A stretch of 45,393 nucleotides of DNA from a virus: positions 1 through 45,393 of IMG/VR virus record IMGVR_UViG_3300005548_000002. One strand, written 5' to 3'. Both the position numbers and the translations under genes were made by a program. Shown in pieces: positions 42,095 to 45,393 of the stretch. The notes under the pieces were generated by a model, which was given only the letters and a program-made list of their open reading frames with translations, made no database searches and had not been told where the DNA came from. Position 1 is the stretch's first letter. Every line of letters begins with the position of its first letter.

Positions 42095-42537
42095 CGAGGC
42101 TCGCGGGCAAGCCCGCCTACTGCGCCTCCTGCTACCAGCAGGACCCCGTCCGCTACGTGGACTTCGAGGCCGCCTATGACGGCCCCGTGATCCCGGGTGC
42201 CCCGGCGCATATCGCCATCGACGACCTGATCCTCTGTGAGAACTGCCTGAACCAGGCCTTCGCCCTCCTCGACCCCCAGGGGAAGGACGAGACGATCGCC
42301 GAGCTGGTGCAGATCGTCAAGGACCAGCAGGCGGAGATCGCGGCGAAGGACAAGATGCTCACCGGCGCCACGGCGACGATCGAGGAGCTGGTGGATCACC
42401 CGATCACGAAGCCTCCGGGCAAACCCGTGCTGGTCGGTGTGGACCCCGAGGTCCGCAAACAGATCACCAAGGCCCGCTATGAGCGCAACGGGACCAGTGC
42501 GGCGCCGAAGAAACAGAAAGAGAAGGCCACGGCATGA
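42091..42537 (+). CDS. Hypothetical protein (Cys pairs plus coiled coil)
   Basis: GTGA overlap with the upstream gene. 'CASC...CENC'. Confidence 0.45.
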   Translation: MTRLAGKPAYCASCYQQDPVRYVDFEAAYDGPVIPGAPAHIAIDDLILCENCLNQAFALLDPQGKDETIAELVQIVKDQQAEIAAKDKMLTGATATIEELVDHPITKPPGKPVLVGVDPEVRKQITKARYERNGTSAAPKKQKEKATA

Positions 42538-44498
42538 GTCAATGGATATCGGGGTTCGTCAGGGAGCTGAGTGGCGCTCTCACTCTGAGTCCAGAACCCT
42601 CCGGGACCTGGCAGACGGGCTTCCTGCGGGACTCGAAAGGGCGGCTCGTCACCACCGCCGGCACGTCGCCCGTCATCAACATCGAAGAAGCCCCATACAG
42701 CGCGAGACCCGATGCCTTCTTCACCGACGGAGAAGCGACCTCGGCCTCGACGACCTTCAAAAGTGCCACGGCCTCCTTCACCTCCGAAGACGTGGGGAAG
42801 ACCATCGTCGTCCTCCGGGCTGGTGCGTCGAGCGCCCAGGACCACCACTCGACGATCGCCGAAGTCCTGAGCTCTACCGAAGTCAAAATGGCCAACACCG
42901 CCGGCCGGACCCAGACCTCGTGCCGGTTCTACATCAGCCGAGGCGGAGATGCCCTCGCGGCGATCCAGGCGGCCGTCAACGCAGCCTCGGCGGCAGGCGG
43001 TGGGACCGTCGTGCTCAAAGGCCCCGGATATCTCGTCTCCGGCTCGATCGTCCTGAAAGACCGCGTGACGATCGAAGGGTCCGGCATCAGGACCACGATG
43101 ATCCACCTTGCCGCGAGCGCAAATGTCCCTGTCGTCTATTCCGACTACACCGAAAACTTCAGCGCCTCGACCACCGGTATCCGCAGACTGTGGATCGACG
43201 GCAACCGAGGACGCCAGGCGGACATCACGACGACGCTGGCCTCCAACTACACGGCCGGGAACACGACCATCTCCCTGACCAGCGCCGCCGCTTTCCTGCC
43301 GACCGGCGCGATCCTGATCGGGACCAACCGCCTCCACTACACGAAGATCACCGGGAACACGCTCGAAGGCGTGATCGGCGGGCGCGAAGGGACGACCGAC
43401 GCCTCGGCCACCTCCGGCACCACGGTCACCCACAACAAGGCCCACGGGATCTACCTGACCCGCAGGCCGCTGACCGCCGGGAGCAACACCGAGGACACCT
43501 ACGACCCCCACCACCTGGTGGAGAACGTCATGGTCAACAACTGCAAGGGCGACGGGATAAGCGCCTGGGGTCAGTCGGAGATGCGCTTCCACAATGTCTG
43601 GGTCCGCTACGCCGACAACTTCGGTTTCCGCCCGGCCTTCGACTCCTGGCTCTCCAACTGCACCTCCGAGTCCTCGGGTCGGGCGGGCTTCTACCTGCTG
43701 CCGTCGGAGCTGTTGCTCTCCAACTGCAAGGCGTTTTTCTCGGGGGGCAACGTGGCCGCCGAAGGCCACGGCTTCTTCTTCGACACCAACACCCAGCCCG
43801 CCACCGGGATGCAGGTGCTCTCCTCCTGCATCGCCCAGGACAACAAGGCCCACGGCTTCAACCTCTGGAACTGCGACCGCGCCTCGCTGGCGGCCTGCGC
43901 GGCGGACTCGAACAGCACCTCCTCATCGGGAGGTTTCGTCGGGGTGAACCTCCACGGCGCCAACAACTGCGACATCGACGTGATCTGCGTGGAGCGCAAA
44001 CAGGACGGGACGAACAACTGGCAGAAAAACGCCCTCCTGATCGACGCGAACTCCTCGGGGAACCGGATCAGGGTCACCCACGCGGCGTCCTCGACCGGGG
44101 CGGTGGAATCGGCGATCAAGTCCGGTTCTGCCCTCGGCGGAGGAAACGACCTCTCGATCAATGGCATGGGGGGGACCAAAACCCCCATCTTCGCGGCGGA
44201 ATACACCCCCGATCCCTATGCCGCCACGACCCACATCGTCGGTGCGCTGACGGGCAACATCACGATCAAAAAACCCTCCAACGAACACCTCGGCTGCCCG
44301 CTGCGCTTCATCTTCCTCCAGGACGGCACGGGAGGGCGCACCATCACCTGGAACGAAGCCTTCTCCACCACCTACGCCGACACGGGGAACACGCTGAACA
44401 AGAAACTGATCATCGAATTCATCTACAACGCCGTGTCCTCCAAATGGCAGCAGGTCTACATCTCCCAGTCGGCCACCGCCGGGACGTACTGGATCTGA
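42534..44498 (+). CDS. Tailspike with pectate-lyase-like right-handed beta-helix (depolymerase candidate)
   Basis: 'GGDALAAIQAAVNAASAAGGGTVVLKGPGYLVSGSIVLKDRVTIEGSG', followed by repetitive beta-helix-like blocks. 654 aa. Confidence 0.65.
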   Translation: MSQWISGFVRELSGALTLSPEPSGTWQTGFLRDSKGRLVTTAGTSPVINIEEAPYSARPDAFFTDGEATSASTTFKSATASFTSEDVGKTIVVLRAGASSAQDHHSTIAEVLSSTEVKMANTAGRTQTSCRFYISRGGDALAAIQAAVNAASAAGGGTVVLKGPGYLVSGSIVLKDRVTIEGSGIRTTMIHLAASANVPVVYSDYTENFSASTTGIRRLWIDGNRGRQADITTTLASNYTAGNTTISLTSAAAFLPTGAILIGTNRLHYTKITGNTLEGVIGGREGTTDASATSGTTVTHNKAHGIYLTRRPLTAGSNTEDTYDPHHLVENVMVNNCKGDGISAWGQSEMRFHNVWVRYADNFGFRPAFDSWLSNCTSESSGRAGFYLLPSELLLSNCKAFFSGGNVAAEGHGFFFDTNTQPATGMQVLSSCIAQDNKAHGFNLWNCDRASLAACAADSNSTSSSGGFVGVNLHGANNCDIDVICVERKQDGTNNWQKNALLIDANSSGNRIRVTHAASSTGAVESAIKSGSALGGGNDLSINGMGGTKTPIFAAEYTPDPYAATTHIVGALTGNITIKKPSNEHLGCPLRFIFLQDGTGGRTITWNEAFSTTYADTGNTLNKKLIIEFIYNAVSSKWQQVYISQSATAGTYWI

Positions 44499-44782
44499 TG
44501 ACCGTCGCCGTCATCGCGATCTCGGTCGTCTGCCTCCTCCTCGTCACCGCTCTCGTCCACCGGGAGACCCAGCATTCAAGGCACGTCGCCGAACGAGAGA
44601 GGTCATGGGACCTCGAGCGCGGTGCCCTCCTGACGCGCATCCAGCATCCCGAGATCGTCCACCTCCCACGTCCCGTCGAGATCGACGGCGAGCAGTTGGT
44701 CCCCGGATTCGACGAGGAGATCAAGCCCAAGGACGACATAGACCTGGTAGGCACGGTCGTGGACGGAGGCGAGGATGGCTGA
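44498..44782 (+). CDS. Membrane-anchored hypothetical protein
   Basis: The ATG shares one base with the upstream TGA. TM segment 'VAVIAISVVCLLLVTALV'. This is the last 94 codons of track ORF 42437..44782. Confidence 0.45.
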   Translation: MTVAVIAISVVCLLLVTALVHRETQHSRHVAERERSWDLERGALLTRIQHPEIVHLPRPVEIDGEQLVPGFDEEIKPKDDIDLVGTVVDGGEDG

Positions 44783-45393
44783 TTCCGCCGGTCAGCGCGC
44801 CACCCAGGCAGTCGTCAAAAAGCAGGGCGACGATGCGGTCGACGACCTCAAACAGGAATTCGCCAAATTCAAGAACGCCCGGCGACCGATCGAACCGGAC
44901 TGGTTCCTGAACTCGGCCTTCTACATCGGCCAGCAGTGGCTCTACTGGAACCACGGGCGCCTGGACCAGCCGCGACTCTCCAAGTGGCGGGAGACGATCG
45001 TCGACAACCGCATCCTCCCGATCGTCACCGGCCGGGTCGCCAAGAAGGTCAAGAGCCGACCCAACTTCGTCGCCACCCCCTTCACCGGCTCGGAGTCCGA
45101 CGTGGATGCCGCGAAGATCACCGAAAAGGGGATGGAGTACTACTGGACCTACCTCGGCCTCCAGCAGAAGCTCTACCAGGCCGAGCTCTTCGCGGATATC
45201 GCCTGCGCGGGCTTCTGGAAGATCTACTGGGACGCGACCAAGGGCGAATCCCAGGAAGTGGTCGTCGACCAGAGCGGTGAACCGGCGATTCTGAACGGCC
45301 GCATCCTGAAGGCCGACGAACTGGACGGCCCGCTCCCCGAAGGATTGAGCGTCAAACGGATTTCATTGGGCGACGTCTGTGTCGACGTCGTCT
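44775..45393 (+). CDS. Portal protein, 5' part (continues at position 2 across the junction)
   Basis: ATG 44775 follows GGAGGCGAGG. The ORF is open to the window end and in frame with 2..1534 through the overlap. Confidence 0.7.
   Translation, partial: MADSAGQRATQAVVKKQGDDAVDDLKQEFAKFKNARRPIEPDWFLNSAFYIGQQWLYWNHGRLDQPRLSKWRETIVDNRILPIVTGRVAKKVKSRPNFVATPFTGSESDVDAAKITEKGMEYYWTYLGLQQKLYQAELFADIACAGFWKIYWDATKGESQEVVVDQSGEPAILNGRILKADELDGPLPEGLSVKRISLGDVCVDVV
45284..45393. repeat. Terminal overlap, identical to 1..110
   Basis: Direct sequence comparison. Confidence 0.9.

Noticed and set aside
42437-44497. First ~687 codons of the 781-aa plus-strand ORF 42437..44782
   Set aside because: It is out of frame with the tailspike gene and has an extreme Arg/Pro/His composition. 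Only the last 94 codons (44498..44782), after a coupled ATG, look like a real gene.

Overview
The window is a complete, circularly closed genome of about 45.28 kb. Bases 1..110 are identical to 45284..45393, and the portal gene reads through that junction. It is a high-GC, temperate, podovirus-like phage: I find no tape-measure or tail-tube genes, but there is a 2006-aa internal virion protein. An actinobacterial host is likely, inferred from an mIHF-like gene, apparently leaderless promoters and NlpC/P60-type lysins.

Layout:
- 40251..21505, across the junction: terminase large subunit, tailspike, portal, scaffold, major capsid, glycosyltransferase, adaptor/tail proteins, fibres, internal proteins, lysis cassette and a resolvase-like nuclease. 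This block ends at a rho-independent terminator.
- 21565..22927: a membrane-protein moron, a CI-like repressor, and a divergent ribbon-helix-helix (RHH) gene with overlapping promoters.
- 22754..39841: a long rightward early/middle operon. It holds an SSB-like gene, DUF1376, mIHF, xis-int with a candidate attP, a SLOG/DUF2493 gene, a small-terminase candidate and many small ORFs.

Most interesting observations:
1. A stand-alone TnpB that looks catalytically intact (33137..34336) is joined to its phage neighbours by overlapping start and stop codons. Hairpins resembling an omega RNA sit in its 3' end, and there is no transposase next to it.
2. Two insertions are bracketed by perfect direct repeats: a 34-bp repeat around a 2.3-kb five-gene cassette, and an 18-bp repeat around a 213-bp micro-cassette. 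In each case, deleting one repeat unit would rebuild a properly started, translationally coupled gene.
3. An opposite-strand operon (TM peptide plus secreted HExxH metalloprotease) sits inside the tail-fibre module.
4. The genome carries many selfish nucleases: three HNH genes, one GIY-YIG gene and one His-Me-finger-like gene, in addition to TnpB.

All family assignments come from reading motifs in the translations; no database search was possible.
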